From an uncultured euryarchaeote (lineage in GTDB: Archaea > Thermoplasmatota > Thermoplasmata > UBA10834): DNA of 53,934 bases. Position numbers and translations under genes: made by a program. Positions 52,321 to 53,934 of the stretch are shown piece by piece (within the stretch, counting starts at the first letter, position 1; every line of letters starts with the position of its first letter). The notes below the pieces were generated by a model, which was given only the letters and a program-made list of their open reading frames with translations, was not told the DNA's origin and ran no database searches. The stretch is taken from NCBI GenBank assembly GCA_937872085.1, contig CALMQK010000363.1:1-53934 (forward strand). Reading direction: 5' to 3'.

Positions 52321-52795
52321 CCTAGTCGTCCGAAAGCCAGGCGTCCACCTCCGGGAGATCGAGCGAGATACGAACCTGTCTCTGGGGGTGGTCAGATATC
52401 ATCTGGACCGCCTGCAAAGAGAGGAACTCATCTCCTCCGAGGCGGATAGATACTTCAAACGCTTCTTCCCAAAGAACAGGATCCCGAACGTCCCCACCGG
52501 GACATTCGCGGTCCTCAGGCAGGAGAGCCTCAGGAAAGTAATGCTCCACCTCCTGAACAATCCTGGCTCCACCCACGCGCAGCTCAAGGACGCCCTCCAG
52601 CTTCCACCCTCCACGCTCTCCACCTATCTCTCCATCCTTTTGAAGAAGGGGGCCATCTTGAGGGAGCGGAAGGGAAAGGAGAACTTCTATTCGGCAGCAG
52701 ACGAGGAGAGCGTGATCAAGGTGCTCCTTGTCTACAGGCCGAGCTTTCTGGACAAGCTCGTGGACAATGCCATCTCGATGTATCTCGAGCGCTAA
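52280..52795 (+). CDS. Transcriptional regulator with two winged-helix (ArsR/TrmB-like) domains
   Basis: AVYDLVVRKPGVHLREIERDTNLSLGVVRYHLDRLQREELI, and a second copy KVMLHLLNNPGSTHAQLKDALQLPPSTLSTYLSILLKKGAI. Confidence 0.75.
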   Translation: MEKPELETRKAVYDLVVRKPGVHLREIERDTNLSLGVVRYHLDRLQREELISSEADRYFKRFFPKNRIPNVPTGTFAVLRQESLRKVMLHLLNNPGSTHAQLKDALQLPPSTLSTYLSILLKKGAILRERKGKENFYSAADEESVIKVLLVYRPSFLDKLVDNAISMYLER

Positions 52796-52803
52796 TACCC
52801 GCA

Positions 52804-53934
52804 TCAAGCGAGGAACGTAATCGCGATCGGGACAAGCAGACAGCCCATGAGCTGGATGCGACGTATCCCCGCAAGCGGTGGGATCAAACCCAGCGTCGTC
52901 GCGGTGACCATCAAGATCGTCCCTCGCGTTCCAGTCAACGCGAGCGAGAGGGCGCACACGAAAGCCAACGAGCCCAAGGCGAGCGCCCTGGAGCACAGCA
53001 CGGCGCGCAACCTCGCCAGCCGAGTGCAAAGCCAGCGGAGCACGGAGTGCGAGATGAGAGAGGCGAGGAGCATCGAGAGGACGATGGACACCATCGGGAG
53101 GACATTCGATGAGTAGCCCTTGGAGATGTTTCCGCCTCCGAGGAAGAACTGCACCGCGTCCATCGAGCCGCTGCGGGCTCGCAAGATGGTGAACAGCGCC
53201 CCGACCGCGAATATGGCGCCTGAGGACGAAATCGCGGAATAGAGCCAGATGAACCTGACGGAGCTGCTGATGTCACCGCCCCCACATACCTCCTTCGTGC
53301 CAGGAGAACACAGAGTGACCGCCGAGCCGGAGGTCATCCCCGGCATCCACCCAACGATGAACCCGCCGAACAGTGAGGTGACGAGGTCCCGGAGGCCCGG
53401 GCTGTGATGCGGGATGATCCCGGTGGATTTGGCGTCGGCGACGGACCTCGAGCCGAGGCTCAAGAGCAGACCGGAGACCCCGAAGAGGCCAGCGAACATC
53501 GGAAGAAGCAACGATGACTTCAGGACGTAGCCGCCAGGCATCCATGGAAGATCCGGCAAGGGACATGCGTAGTAATCGGTCCTAAGGACGATCGTGCCCA
53601 AGACGCCAGCGGCCAGGAACACGGCAACGGCTTTCAGAATCCTAAGGAGCGTGTCGACGCGCTGAACCCTGGCTTGGAACGGTGATCCTTCGGAGGCCAG
53701 AAGGACCATCGAGAAGAAGATGATGAACAGGGCCATCACCCTCCGAACGAGCGAGTAGAGCCCGATCGGTTCGCCCATAAGCAGGCACATGGGTACCAGG
53801 AAGATGACGGACAGAAGCACGCCGGCGAGGGAACCGTCTGCGGACGCCGTGACGGCAATCCCTCCGAACCCCGCCTTGGCCAGCCTGTGCGCCGGAAGCA
53901 CGGAGACGACATCCTCCGACGGTATCCCGACATA
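52804..53934 (-). CDS. Polytopic membrane protein, TctA/DUF112-like permease; 5' end runs off the window
   Basis: Many TM helices. The frame stays open upstream of the GVG-encoded start candidate at 53901 through to the window edge (YVGIPSEDVVS...). Confidence 0.6.
   Translation of the reverse strand, partial: YVGIPSEDVVSVLPAHRLAKAGFGGIAVTASADGSLAGVLLSVIFLVPMCLLMGEPIGLYSLVRRVMALFIIFFSMVLLASEGSPFQARVQRVDTLLRILKAVAVFLAAGVLGTIVLRTDYYACPLPDLPWMPGGYVLKSSLLLPMFAGLFGVSGLLLSLGSRSVADAKSTGIIPHHSPGLRDLVTSLFGGFIVGWMPGMTSGSAVTLCSPGTKEVCGGGDISSSVRFIWLYSAISSSGAIFAVGALFTILRARSGSMDAVQFFLGGGNISKGYSSNVLPMVSIVLSMLLASLISHSVLRWLCTRLARLRAVLCSRALALGSLAFVCALSLALTGTRGTILMVTATTLGLIPPLAGIRRIQLMGCLLVPIAITFLA

Noticed and set aside
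1-53934. CRISPR arrays, rRNA genes, tRNA genes.
   Set aside because: The intergenic regions are few and short. None shows regularly spaced direct repeats, tRNA cloverleaf/T-loop signatures or rRNA-like sequence on visual inspection. This was not verified with tRNAscan, Infernal or a CRISPR finder.

Overview
GC-rich archaeal chromosome segment, consistent with a Thermoplasmatota-like euryarchaeon on gene content. About 85% is housekeeping core. It holds the 3' part of pyrG, an orphan multi-GAF histidine kinase, aIF2-beta, a presenilin-type protease, S8e, SRP19, Nnr, three metallophosphoesterases and two head-to-head FtsZ paralogs. The exosome superoperon runs Pop5-PsmA-SBDS-Rrp4-Rrp41-Rrp42-L37Ae-RpoP-Pcc1-PfdB. 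It is followed by TyrRS and a RaSEA-like radical SAM gene. The complete archaeal r-protein cluster then runs from L3 to L15, followed by SecY, a DUF106 insertase, Cmk and Cbf5. I found no rRNA, tRNA or CRISPR array. The main hunt result is the accessory stretch at 43.8-51.6 kb. It is a divergent five-gene cluster: a 954-aa membrane-anchored coiled-coil protein with a degenerate KaiC/RecA domain followed by a beta-CASP nuclease, facing an operon of a P-loop-less RadB-like protein, a small helical protein, and a family B DNA polymerase. That polymerase has a dead exonuclease and diverged polymerase motifs, yet carries an intact-looking 167-aa mini-intein. Other observations are a promoter-bearing, structured ~370-nt intergenic region (candidate ncRNA), a structured leader before rpl3, a TnpB relic with a surviving end hairpin and flanking repeats, a C4HC3 finger/SHOCT/zinc-ribbon protein, an aIF2-beta-TRAM fusion, and charged low-complexity extensions on many ribosomal proteins. 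All calls rest on reading the translations and sequence by eye; no database search was run.
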